Origin: Octopus sinensis
Taxonomy: Eukaryota
Assembly (NCBI RefSeq): GCF_006345805.1
Contig: NC_043007.1
Location: 34,782,001 to 34,846,000, forward strand
Reading direction: 5' to 3'
DNA length: 64,000 nucleotides
Each line of letters opens with the position of its first letter. Position 1 is the stretch's first letter. Below, piece after piece: positions 1 through 12,077 of the stretch. Below the pieces are notes generated by a model. It was given only the letters and a program-made list of their open reading frames with translations, had not been told where the DNA came from and did no database searches. The position numbers and the translations under genes are program-made.

Positions 1-363
1 CACACAGCCACTCCTTAATTATGATTTTAATCAATGTATTCCCCTCTCAGATTCACACACATATTGCAGTGATCCCTCAATTTTTTCTAAGCCCTGTGAA
101 AGAACACCGAATGTTGGACCTCCATGTAGGTCTTTCCCAATACCCCTAAAGTCAGGAACTTTTCAGCACCCCCTTGTATGTAAGACTGCATCTCCCATGT
201 GGGCCTGTAAGGCCACAGCAAATGCTATACCTCCATCAGCAGCTGAGAGAAAATTCACCAAGTACAGATTCATGGTCTCTCAAGACTGATACATGACTAT
301 CTATGTATGATACCTTATAATGGAATATAAAATTGATCTGAGAGATACATTCCAAAAGCTTTC

Positions 364-816
364 ATCATCATTCATCATCCTCGTTTAACATCCGCCTTCC
401 ATGTTAGCATGGGTTAGACGAATGACTGAGGGCTGGCGAACCAGATGGCTGCACCAGGCTTCAATCTTGATCTGGCAGAGTTTCTACAGCTGGATGCCCT
501 TCCTAATGCCAACCACTTCGAGAGTGTAGTGGGTGCTTTTACGTGCCACCGGCACGGGGCCAGTCAGGCGGTACTGGCAACGACCACGCTTGAATCTTTT
601 ACACATGCCACTGGCACAGGTGCCAGTAAGGCAATGCTGGTAACGATCACACTTGAATGGTGTCTTTTACGTGCCACCAGCATGGAGGCCAGATAGCCGC
701 TCTGGCAACGATCATGCTCGGATGGTGCTATTAATACCCTACTAGCATGGGGCTCGAGTGCCAGTAAGGCGACGCTGGTAACGATCACATCCAAATGGTA
801 CCTTCTAAGTGCCACT
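364..816 (-). mobile_element. 5'-truncated RTE LINE 3' UTR fragment with (GAT)n tail
   Basis: Reverse complement of 9960-10427 (ggaagggcatccagctgtagaaa...gcatggaaagcggacgttaaacgatgatgat). Similar tail-only copies at about 6347-6640(-), 15422-15606(+), 16360-16560(-), 21650-22000(-), 28316-28520(-), 29510-29628(+), 32875-33238(+), 44240-44600(-), 48328-48510(-), 49172-49480(-), 49575-49866(-) and 57400-57835(-). Confidence 0.8.
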
Positions 817-961
817 GTTCTTTATTATTGTTATAATTGATAAAGCCTATAAACACACTTATCAGTTGTTGCTTGTCTATATTTCACTTCTGTCTTTTTT
901 TCAAAACATTTGATGTTTAACTCAAATCTAACATAATTTCTTTATACTCTGTTAATTTCAG

Positions 962-1000
962 GATCTTCACTCAGAATGGAGTGTAATGGATGAACAAAAT
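962..1000 (+). CDS. Candidate 39-nt phase 0-0 coding exon (DLHSEWSVMDEQN), probably of the same gene as the downstream exons
   Basis: Pyrimidine-rich acceptor ...ctctgttaatttcAG at 960-961, an open 13-codon frame and a perfect donor GTAAGT at 1001. The sequence is not repeat-like. Confidence 0.55.
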
Positions 1001-1282
1001 GTAAGTATAGGCTCTATAATATATGCATGTGTGTATATGCAAATGCATATGTGTGTGCATGTGACTGTGTGTTTGTTTGTTGTTGTTGTTAAGCAACAAG
1101 ACGGGTAAGGGTGATTAGGTGATGGTCTAGGGCTTAGGGGCGGGAGACCCCAGATCTTGGGAAAAAAAAAACTTTGGTCGTGTTGTTGTAGTCGAGGGCT
1201 CTTCGTTGACGCCTGACACCACTGGGAGGTGGCCCTCGAGGTCACTGGAAATGGAGATCTCCAGGTCCAAATTCTTGAACAG

Positions 1283-1283
<1 letters not shown>

Positions 1284-1357
<74 letters not shown>
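1284..1357. repeat. (TG)n microsatellite
   Basis: Pure TG run. It represents many TG, TA and TACA tracts across the window (e.g. 11115-11290, 21080-21285, 29680-29880). Confidence 0.95.
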
Positions 1358-1358
<1 letters not shown>

Positions 1359-1772
1359 ATGACTGATAATTTCCCTACAGCACAGACTTATGATCAAAGA
1401 CATTCCAGCTGTGACCACTTGTTTTTATTTTTTATTTTTGTTTTTTTTTTCCCAAGCATAATCTATCTAGGAGTACATTATCCAATGTGTGCCTCTTTTT
1501 TCTTTCAAGATGATAGAGTTTTATTTGAGAGGAGATTTTTGCTGTTTTTTATTTTCTCTGGCTGTTTATGCAGAGTCTCCCCACTTGACTTACATTGTTA
1601 TTGTATATTGTGCTCAAGTGCACTACAACCCAGCAGAAGAGGGTAAAAGAGCGGACAGAAAGTAGTAATAAGTCAAGTAAAGAAAGAGCAATTGTAGCCA
1701 AAATTACACGCACGGCAGACAGAATGAAACACAAGAACACGAGGAAGTGAACAGAAAATAAGCCATATATAG

Positions 1773-2131
1773 CAAGGCTGTGGAGTCGAAACAAAAACTT
1801 CAACTCCAACTCCTGTACTATTGGCACCCTCCAACTCTGATTCCGACTCCGATTCCTCTTTATGTAATCAAGTGATTATGGTCTACTTATCTCATAAAGC
1901 ATATGCATACACTTGTACTTTTAGTTGGCCTATATGTTATAATTGGTTTATATTAAAGAATAAAGACATTGTGAATTGGAATCGGATTCGGTATAGTTTT
2001 ACTGACTCTGACTCCAACTCCAACTACCCCTTAATTGTTTCTGACTTCGACTCGATGACTCCGACTCCACGATCCCAACTCTGACTCTAGAACTCCGACT
2101 CCACGACTCTGATTCAGACTCCACAGCCTTG
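1773..2131. mobile_element. hAT-like MITE with internal (CTCCGA)n repeats
   Basis: Terminal inverted repeats caaggctgtggagtc ... gactccacagccttg. The 8-bp TSD is not clean. Confidence 0.65.
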
Positions 2132-2952
2132 ATAAAAAAGGTATAGGTGCATTGGTAAATTTTGTGAAGTGTGGAAATTTTGAAGGATACGGTGTCCTAA
2201 CAATTGACAATTGGTGTGGGTAGTTTGTTGCTTCTTATTGTGTTGTTTTTGTTTGTTTTCTTTATTTGTGAAATCTTGTGTAGCATTGAGAGGGTTGTTG
2301 TGTAGGATATGTGTATTCTTTTCTACTCTAGGCACAAGGCCCAAAATCTAAAGTTGGTAGAACTATAAGAATATATCCTTTTCTACTCTAGGTACAAGGC
2401 TCAAAAATTTTGGGGAGGGGGCGCAGTCAATTAGATCGACCCCAGTACACAACTGATACTTAATTTATCAACCCCAAAAGGCTGAAAGGCAAAGTCGACC
2501 TCGATTGAATTTGAACACAGAACGTAAAGACAAATGAATACCACTAAGCATTTTGCCTGACGTGCTAACATTTTTTATTTCTTTATTGCCCACAAGGGGC
2601 TAAACATAGAGGGGACAAACAAGGACAGACAAAGGGATTAAGTTAATTACAACGACCCCAGTGCGTAACTGGTACTTAATTTATCGACCCCGAAAGGATG
2701 AAAGGCAAAGTCGACCTCAGCAGAATTTGAACTCAGAACGTAGCGACAGACGAAATACCGCTAAGCATATCGCCCAGCGTGCTAACTTTTCTGCTACCTC
2801 ACTGCCTTGTAATATATGTGTATTGTGTGATTGTGTAAATATGTGCTGTTTGCAATGTGATTGTGTCGAGTGTCTTCTATGATGTTATTCAGCAGGATAT
2901 TTGTTATGTAGGATGTGGTTGTATACAACATGTCGTGGTTGTTTACAGATTA

Positions 2953-3178
2953 CAGTAATCTCTCAAATATCGCAGGTGTTATGTTCCAAAACCAAACACG
3001 ACAGGTGAAAACCCGTGAAATAGAAACAGTACTACACTGAATATATATTTTTTAAATCATTTTTATAATTTGTATATATCTATTTTATTATAAATGCAAA
3101 ACAACCCCACGGAGGAATTGACACAAGCTTAGATAATAAACCACAACAGGTGAACCGCGATATGGTGAGGGATCACAG
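2953..3178. mobile_element. pogo/Tigger-like MITE
   Basis: TA-cagtaatctctcaaatatcgc ... gcgatatggtgagggatcacag-TA: degenerate TIRs with a TA TSD. Confidence 0.6.
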
Positions 3179-3275
3179 TATTTCATTGTCGGATATAGTT
3201 GTAAGCAATGTGTGTATGTGCCTCTGTGTGTTTGTGTGTGTTAGTGTGTGTGTATGCGTGTGTGTATATATATAT

Positions 3276-3675
3276 AGGCACAGGAGTGGCTGTGTGGTAA
3301 GTAGCTTGCTTAACAACCACATGGTTCCAGGTTCAGTCCCACTGCATGGCACTTTGGGCAAGTGTCTTCTACTATAACCTCGGGCCGACCAAAGCCTTGT
3401 GAGTGGATTTCGTGGATGGAAACTGAAAGAAGCCCGTCATATATATGTATGTATATATATGCATGTGTGTGTTTATGTGTTTGTGTTTGTCAACCCCCCC
3501 AACATCGCTTGACGACCAATGGTGTGTTTACGTCCCAGTAACTTAGCGGTTTGGTAAAAGAGATTGATAGAATAAGTACTAGGCTTCCAAAGAATAAGTC
3601 CTGGAGTCGATTTGCGTGACTAAAGGCGGTGCTGCAGCATGGTCACAGTCAAATGACTGAAACAAGTAAAAGAGA
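3276..3675 (+). mobile_element. SINE family A (tRNA-derived head, CORE-like ttgggcaagtg motif, central TA/TG tract, CR1/L2-like tail)
   Basis: A-box tggctgtgtgg, B-box ggttcagtccc, tail ggcggtgctccagcatggccgcagtcaaatgactgaaacaagtaaaagag. Other copies at about 4250-4672(-), 13551-14167(+), 23977-24375(+), 31634-32060(+), 35880-36535(-), 54879-55233(+), 58912-59230(+) and 59248-59649(+). Confidence 0.85.
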
Positions 3676-3779
3676 GAGGAGAAAAAGAGAAAGAAATCAA
3701 GCTGTTTCTTGCCATAAGCACATTTAAAGCAAATTTTTTTTATGAACCCTTAATGTACTACTGTGGATCTCTCATTTGT

Positions 3780-4075
3780 GTGGAGGCACATGGCCTAGTG
3801 GTTACAGCAGCAGACTCGTGGTCGAGGGATCGCAGGTTCGAATCTCAGACCGGGCGATGTGTGTGTTTATGAGCAAAACATCTACGCTCCACGCGGCTCC
3901 GGCAGAAGGTTGTGGCGAACTTCTGCTGACTTTTTCGCCACAACTTTCTCTCACTCTTTCCTCCTGCATCTTGCAGCTCACCTGTGACGGACCGGCGTCC
4001 CATCCAGGTGGGGAACCTATACGCCAAGGAAACCGGGAAACTGGTCCTTATGAGCCAGGCATGGCGCGAGAAGGA
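3780..4075 (+). mobile_element. SINE family C (tRNA-derived head, V-SINE-like core)
   Basis: A-box tggcctagtgg, B-box ggttcgaatc, core gacggaccggcgtcccatccaggtg. Copies at about 7725-8000(+), 23603-23768(+), 35385-35695(-), 42811-43107(-, TSD taaaagtaggtagt) and 45443-45727(+, TSD catgtgttggttgt). Confidence 0.8.
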
Positions 4076-6139
4076 TCTCTCATCTACTATTTTCCTTGTG
4101 TGGACCCCACCAAAAATCTTACATGGACCCCAGTTGAGAACCACAGGTGTAGTAGGTGTTGTGTGAGTTTCGTTATCAAAGTATTGTGAGACAATTCTGT
4201 TGAATATATATTGCGTGAAATGCCGTATTATTGAGATGTTTCTCTATAGTTTACTCTTTTACTTGTTTCAGTCATTTGACTGTGGCCATGCTGGAGTACC
4301 GCCTTTTAGTCGAGCAAATTGACCCCAGGACTTATTCTTTGTAAGCCTAGTACTTATTCTGTCAGTCTCTTTTTGCCGAACCACTAAGTTACAGAAATGT
4401 AAACACACCAGCATCGGTTGTCAAGCAATGTTGGGGGGACAAACACAGACACACAAACATATACACACACACGCACACATACATACAAACATATATATAC
4501 ATATATATATGACGGGCTTCTTTCAGTTTCTGTCTACCAAATCCACTCACAAGGCTTTGGTCAGCCCAAGGCTATAGTAGAAGACACTTGCCCAAGGTTC
4601 CACGCAATGGGAATGAACCTGGAACCATGTGGTTCGTAAGCAAGCTACTTACCACACAGCCACTTCTACGCCTATACGTATATATATATAGTTTGTGTAC
4701 TTTTGGGAGGTAATTATGTAGAATATAGCTTGTACAAATTGTGTTATAGAGGATATTGTATGGAATAAAAATGTATGACTTGTATTATAGGACTGGGAGA
4801 TGAGTGTATAGAACGTGTGTTTGTGTGTGTGTGCGTTGTATTATAGTGTTGGGATTTTTGATTTCTGATTTAATATTGGGAGATTATTGTGTATCACAGT
4901 GTTTTCTCAGTTTTAATGTCTTCATAGACTGTCGGAAATGAAATAAAAATAGTACAGATCGCACTAGGCACTTTAGAAGTTAACCATTTAGAAAAGGTAT
5001 AGAAAACAGCTCCTTATTTTTTTTTTTGTCAGTTATACTTATCAGCATCACCACCACCACCATCATCATTGTCATCATCATTATCATCATCATCATCATT
5101 ATCATCATTGCCATTGTCATCATCAGTATCATCATCATCATCAGGGCAGTGTCCCAGCATGGCCACAGTCCAATGGCTGAAATAAGAAATAAGTAAATGC
5201 TAAAAGATGTGTGTGTGTGTGTATCAACATCTATTTCATTACTACCCACAAGGAGCTAAACACAGAGGGGACAAACAAGGACAGACAAATAGATTAAGTC
5301 GATCACATCGACCCCAGTGCATAACTGGTACTTAATTTATCGACCCTGGAAGGATGAAAGGCAAAGTTGACCTTGGCAGAATTTGAACTCGGAACGTAGC
5401 GGCAGACGAAATACGGCTACGCATTTCGCCCGGCGTGCTGACGTTTCTGCCCGCTCGCTGCCTTATGTGTGTGTGTATGAACAACATCATCATCGTTTGA
5501 CATCCACCTTCCATGCTGGCATGGGTGGGATGGTTCAACAGGAGCTGGTCGGGCAAAAGCCTGCACAAGACTTCTGTAACTCTTTTGTAAATCCAAAGTT
5601 TAGTCACCAAGTAAAATTATTTTGCCGTTACAAAGTATTATAGAAAAAGGAACAATCTTAATGGATAATTATACATTTTATTTCAGCTGGCTAACAGATG
5701 TTTTTGATAACTTTGGAGGGAGAATACGTAGTTCTCTAGTACAGGAAATGCAATTTTTAATTGATCTTGTAATCACTCAAGTGAATAAAGAAGAGAAGAA
5801 AATTTTTTAATTATATTATTTGGAGTTAAATTGTGCTGGTTTTCAGAAAGCTTATGTAGTATTTCACCTGGGTCCTTAATCTGTTTTCATTTGATTGAAA
5901 TATATATCAAATGAAAAGGCGATTAAGGTTCCATATATATATTTCTGTTGAAAGAATTCATTAAGAATCAAGGCACATTAACATATAGGATGCCACCAAT
6001 TGGCCTGATTGAATTACACAAAGCAGACGGTGAAGTAGTCCATCATCATAGACATCAATTATACAGACTGGATACTGCTGTTGGGTAATTCTCAATTCCA
6101 ATTATTTACCCATGATGTGATTGATGGGGTACTCTTGTG

Positions 6140-6322
6140 TGGCGCAAACAAAACTGGATCTCCTCTTGTCAAGGGTTCCAGATGAGCCTACCTCATGGCA
6201 GGAAACACAGATGAAAGCAGCAGCATCAAACTTCCTCATTCACCAAATGCCACATATCAGGGGAGGTTTCATGTAATGGTGTAGCACAGCCAACGGTGGT
6301 TGCCCCAGCATGACTACAGCTT
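6140..6322 (+). mobile_element. CR1/L2-group LINE 3' end remnant
   Basis: Translates to TKLDLLLSRVPDEPTSWQETQMKAAASNFLIHQ (KLD...VPDEP C-terminal style), followed by ggtggttgccccagcatgactacagc. Confidence 0.45.
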
Positions 6323-6674
6323 TATATATATATATATATATATATATCATCATCATCATCGTTTAACGTTCGCTTTCCATACTAGCATGGGTTGGACGAC
6401 TTGATTGAGGACTGGCGAACCAGAAAGGTGCACCAAGCTCCAATCTGATCTGGCAGAGTTTCTACAGCTGGATACCCTTCCTAACGCCAACCACTCTAAG
6501 AGTGTAGTGGGTGTTTTTACGTGCCACCGGTACAAGGGCCAGTCAGGCGGTGCTGGCAACGGCCGCGCTCAAATGGTGTTTTTTATGTGCCACTTGCACA
6601 GGAGCCAATCCAGTGGCACTGGCAATGACCTCGCTCAAATGTGTGTGTGTATATATATAATATATATATATCAT

Positions 6675-6875
6675 GTTGATTCGCTAGCTTCTGCACGCAT
6701 TTTTTTCTCTCCTTGTTTCTTTCCGTTTTTCTTTTCTGTGTATCTTTCTGTTGAAGAGCGTAGCTCGAAATGTAAAAGACTTATTTTATTTATATTCCTG
6801 AGCGCCATACTAATACAATTGTTTGTTTGTATTCCACCTGCCTTCGTCTTTTGTTTATTTTCATAAAGCTTCCCG

Positions 6876-6880
<5 letters not shown>
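6675..6880 (+). mobile_element. Penelope-like element terminal fragment
   Basis: Homologous inverted copy at about 55322-55502. Both sit in microsatellite tracts and carry a gaagagc..gctcgaaa motif. The family assignment is inferred. Confidence 0.45.
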
Positions 6881-6924
<44 letters not shown>

Positions 6925-6926
6925 AT

Positions 6927-6957
<31 letters not shown>

Positions 6958-8509
6958 ATACATACATATAACTGTTTTTTTTTTAGTTTTTCTCTTTGAA
7001 CTCCATTCTCAAGTGTTTAGTCGGCCCAGGGCTATTGTAGAAGACACTTGTCCAAGGTACTGTGTGGAGGGATTGAACTCAAAATCACATGCTAGGGAAG
7101 CAAACTTTTTAACCATACAGCCATGCCTTCACCTGTGAATATACCTGTGAATTCAAAAATATAAAAAAAAAAAAGCAACAGGTACTACAAAGATTAATTA
7201 TGAAAAAAGAATATTAATAATCAAAATAGTAAAACAACAACAGCATGATTATTTATAAATAAACAAATCAGTAAACATAAAATTTAAAAAAAAAAACAGA
7301 TACTTGAACAAACAAACAAATAAGTCACAGCAAAAAAAAAAGAAAAAAAAAACACACAAAAGCAATCACAGTGTGTTTTCAGGCCAGACGTGATTGGCTG
7401 AAATTTCCAATTAAGTTCATTAGAAGAGGAAAGACTCGCTCAGTTCGTTAACAGCATTCCAATGTGGTCTGGCAATTAATCAATAGAAGACACAAATTAG
7501 CCTCGTCAGTGGAACACACATTGAAGATAAGATCATCTTTTCACTAGGCGAGATTATTTCATGTCTGGCTGTCTGGCTAACTGGTTGGTTGGTTAGTTGG
7601 TTGGTTGATTGGTTGATTGGTTGGTTGGTTGGTTGGTTGGTTGGTTGGTTGGTTGGTTGGTTGGTGGAAGAAGAGATTATTGGGCTGGGTGTTATGATAT
7701 TATTGTTTTTATATATGCATGCATGTGGAGGCGCAATAGCCCAGTGGTTAGGGCAGCGGACTCAAAGTCGGAGGATCGTGGTTTCGATTCCCAGGCCAGG
7801 CATTGTGTGTGTTTATTGAGCGAAAACACCTAAAAGCTCCATGAGGCTCCGGCAGGGGGTGGTGGCTACCCCTGCAGTACTTTTTCTCTCTTCCTGTTTC
7901 TGCGATGGACTGGCGTCCCGTCCAGCTGGGGGGAACACATATGCCACAGAAACCGGGAGACTGGGCCCATGAGCCTGGCTAGGCTTGAAAAGGGCAACAT
8001 TTGTCCTTATATACATGTGTGCAAGGTGTAGGCTTGGTCGTGTGGTAAGAAGTTTGCTTGCTAGCCATGTGGTTCCAGGATCAGGACTACTGTGTGGCAC
8101 CTTATGCAAGTGTCTTCTACAAAAGCCTCAGGTTGATTAAAGCGCTGCTATCAAGGAATTTGATAGACAAAAAACTAAAAGAAACCTGTCCTACACACAC
8201 ACACACACACACTGACCATTTTTAACACTCCCCTGTCCCCAAAATCTACTTTTTCTATCTCCTTCCACTTCCAGTCACTTCAGAAATGTAAGCATATCTG
8301 GGCTGTTGGCAATTTTCTTTCTTCTTTTTTGGACTTTTCCCTTTCTCCTTACCAACAAAGAGCCATGCTCAAAATATTAGAAACTCTCTCCTTTCACTGA
8401 GTATCAAACTAATATAATTCTTGTGCATGTGCTCACATTCATTTCTCTTCTCATTTAATTTTCTTCTGCTTTTTGAATTGTTTGTTCATTGAATTAACTA
8501 TATATATAT

Positions 8510-10427
8510 ATATTCCTGGTAAGGCAGCTGCAGGAGAAATACCTAGCCAAAGATAAGCCCCTGTACCTGGCTTTCGTTGACATGGAGAAAGCCTTTGATA
8601 GGGTCCCCCGATCCCTCATCTGGTGGTCAATGAGGAAACTAGGGATAGATGAATGGCTGGTGAGGGCTGTGCAAGCCATGTACAGAGATGCCGTAAGTAA
8701 GGTTAGAGTTGGCAGCATGTACACAGAAGAATTCAAGGTAGAGGTTGGGGTCCACCAGGGTTCAGTACTCAGCCCCCTCCTATTTATCATAGTCCTCCAG
8801 GCAATTGGGAGGAATTCAAGACAGGTTGCCCCTGGGAGCTCCTATGCTGACGACCTCGCTCTAATCGCTGAGTCACTATCAGAACTGGAGGAGAAGTTCC
8901 AGGTGTGGAGGAGGGTTTAGAATCGAGGGGCCTTAGAGTCAACCTAGCTAAAACCAAAGTACTAATAAGTAGAAAGTTAGAAAATCCACAAATATCCTCA
9001 GGAAGATGGCCCTGCTCGATCTGTAGAAAAGGTGTAGGTAGAAACTCTATAAGATGTACCCAGTGTAAGCTATGGACACATAAGAGGTGCAGCAATGTCA
9101 AAGGTAGGCTAACTGGGAAGATAGTTTTTGTATGTGGCAGATGCTCTGGAGCATTGACCTCCGAAAATCTGCAGAAAACAACTTCCGTCACTTTCCGAGG
9201 GGAAAAACTAGAAGTAGTTGATAGCTTCCGCTATCTAGGTGACCAAGTCAGTAGTGGGGGCGGGTGCGCTGAAAGTGTAACTACTAGAATAAGAATAGCC
9301 TGGGCAAAGTTTAGGGAGCTCTTACCTCTGCTGGTGACTAAAGGCCTCTCGCTCAGAGTAAAAGCAGACTGTATGATGCATGTGTACGAACAGCTATGCT
9401 ACATGGCAGTGAAACATGGGCCGTGACTGCTGAGGACATGCGTAAGCTTGTGAGGAACGAAGCCAGTATGCTCCGATGGATGTGTAATGTCAGTGTACTT
9501 ACTCGACAGAGCGTTAGTACCTTGAGAGAAATGTTGTACCTAAGAAGCATCAGTTGTTGTGTGCAAGAGAGACGATTGCGCTGGTATGGTCATGTGGCGA
9601 GAATGGATGAAGATAGTGTGTGAGAAAGTGCCAATCCCTAGCAGTTGAGGGAACCCGTGGAAGAGGTAGACCCAGGAAAACCTGGGACGAAGTGGTGAAG
9701 CACGACCTTCGGACGTTAGGTCTCACCATGGAAATGACTAGAGACCGAGACCTATGGAAGTATGCTGTGCGTGAGAAGACCCGGCAAGACTAGTGAAGCC
9801 ATAATCCGTGGCCCCTACCTGGACGTAGTCAGTCCACCTGTGCATACCTTCCTTCTTGTGACACTTGTGAAGACCTGTTGAGGCAAGTGAGAATCGAATC
9901 AATCAAATCAAATCAAATCGAACCAAATCAAAATAGATGAACATCAATGGAATTTGTATCCTTGTGGTACCAGTGCCGGTGGCACATAAGAAAACCATCC
10001 GAACGTGATCGTAGCCAGTACCGCAACGACTGGCCTCCGTGCTGAGGGCACATAACAAACACCATCCGAGCGTGGCCGTCCGCCAGCCCCGTCTGGCACC
10101 TGTGTCGGTGACACATAAGAAAACACCATCCGAGCGTGGCCGTCAGCCAGCCTCGTCTGGCACCTGTGTCGGTGGCACATAAAAAAAAAAACACCATCCG
10201 AGCGTGGCCGTCTGCCAGCCTCGTCTGGCACCTGTGTCGGTGGCACATAAAATCACCCACTACACTCTCGGAGTGGTTGGCGTTAGGAAGGGCATCCAGC
10301 TGTAGAAACACTGCCAGATCTGACTGGCCTGGTGCAGCCTTCGGGCTTGCCAGACCCCAGTTGAACCGTCCAACCCATGCTAGCATGGAAAGCGGACGTT
10401 AAACGATGATGATGATGATGATGATGA
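8510..10427 (+). mobile_element. 5'-truncated, frameshifted RTE-clade LINE (RT C-terminal half, PHD-type finger insert, 3' UTR, (GAT)n tail)
   Basis: RT motifs AFVDMEKAFDRVPR, GVHQGSVLSPLLF, YADDLALI, FRYLGDQV, RRLRWYGHVARM and RGRPRKTW. Stop at 9791-9793. Inserted in (TA)n. Confidence 0.95.
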
Positions 10428-10441
10428 TATATATATATATA

Positions 10442-10828
10442 CTAGCAGTATTGCTCGGGTTTGTAAGGGAAATAACTATATAAGCATTTTTAGAGATGTA
10501 AAGTATAATAGCCATCTCAATATGGCTAACCACAAAGGGCGGGGTGTTACTGTAGCTTTTTACGTTCTGAGATTTAATAATAAATTTTTAGAGAGTTACT
10601 TCCCTTATATAATAGCAAAAAAATGCATTAAAAATGGGAAAAAATTATGGTAAATTTTTTTTTAAATTGTAGACTCATCGTAGACGCGTGCTAATACCCA
10701 GAAGGGCTCGATATGAATCACGACTATAAGATACCCACTTTTGGTTACACTGCACCGCAAAATGTGGGAGTAGTTAGGAATCTAAATCGTTGGAGACAGA
10801 CACACAACTTCACTTTTATATATTAAGA
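10442..10828 (-). mobile_element. Non-autonomous Helitron-like element
   Basis: The minus strand reads A|TCttaatatataaaagtg...aatactgCTAG|T, i.e. 5' TC, 3' CTAG, inserted between A and T. Confidence 0.65.
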
Positions 10829-11112
10829 TATATATATATATGTATGTGTGTGTGTGTTTATATACAAACACACAAATACATACACACACATGTAAATGGC
10901 GAAGAATGAAAATGAGTGCTCAATACCGCTTTGATGGATAGAATTTCTTTATTTGTGTATTAAGGCTACCATTGGTTTCATGTTAAGCAATATGTCAGAT
11001 AGTGAAAATTTTTTATGATACATATTGATTGTAATAATGGAATAAGCAGCTGTTCTTTGAGAGGAAACAGTTGGGATTTCCCCTTACTACCTATATAGTA
11101 TGTATATGTTGG

Positions 11113-11175
<63 letters not shown>

Positions 11176-11180
11176 ATTAA

Positions 11181-11220
<40 letters not shown>

Positions 11221-11251
11221 TATATATGAATATGTATATATAATATATATG

Positions 11252-11289
<38 letters not shown>

Positions 11290-11457
11290 GCACAGGCGTG
11301 GCTGTGTGGTAAGAAGTTTACTTCCCAAGCACATGGTTCCAGCTTCAATCCCACAGCATGGCACCTTGTGCAAGTGTCTCCTACTATAGCTTCTGTTTTA
11401 CCAAAGCTTTGTGAGTGGACTTGGTAGACAGGAACTAAAAAAAAAGACCATTGTGTG

Positions 11458-11495
<38 letters not shown>

Positions 11496-11849
11496 ATCAC
11501 TGAAAGAAATAATAGGTAAAAGGATAAAAGATTTATATAATATTAAAAAAAATATTTTCCCAGTTATGATGCAATATATATCGTTTAATGGCGATCGTTT
11601 ATTTGAAGATCAGAAAGTTTAAGTGAAACCATATCGTTAATAATCATCAATTACATGAACTGAATGTTACTTGATTTATTTGTATAATGATTAAACTCTG
11701 AATGATTTATTACAGAGAGATACGAGTGATTTATTACAATGAAGCATTATTTATTATGAAAGATTGGAGCGATTTATAACAATTATGATTCATCTTTATA
11801 AGTAAAATGTGAATGGCCATATGATTTATTACGAAGACCAACTCAAGAG

Positions 11850-12038
11850 CAGGCATGGCTGTGTGATTAAGAAGCTAGCTGCTGATCAACCATGTGGTTT
11901 TGGGTTCAGTCCCATCACATGGCACCTTGGTCAAATGTATTTTAATTGTACCTTAGGCCAGCTAAAACTTTGTGAGTGGATTTGGTTGACAGAAACTGAA
12001 AGAAGCCTTTTGCGTGTGTGGTGTGTGTGTATGTGTGT

Positions 12039-12077
<39 letters not shown>

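Noticed and set aside
3780-3855. tRNA gene
   Set aside because: The A/B boxes continue into a SINE body present in many copies with TSDs.
5686-5780. Possible exon WLTDVFDNFGGRIRSSLVQEMQFLIDLVITQ after atttcAG
   Set aside because: The open frame is not phase-compatible with the phase-0 exons, the donor is weak and there is no recognisable similarity.
9928-10386. ORF with repeated CHRHRC motifs (metal-binding-like)
   Set aside because: Antisense translation of the RTE 3' UTR modules; the frame is not preserved among copies.
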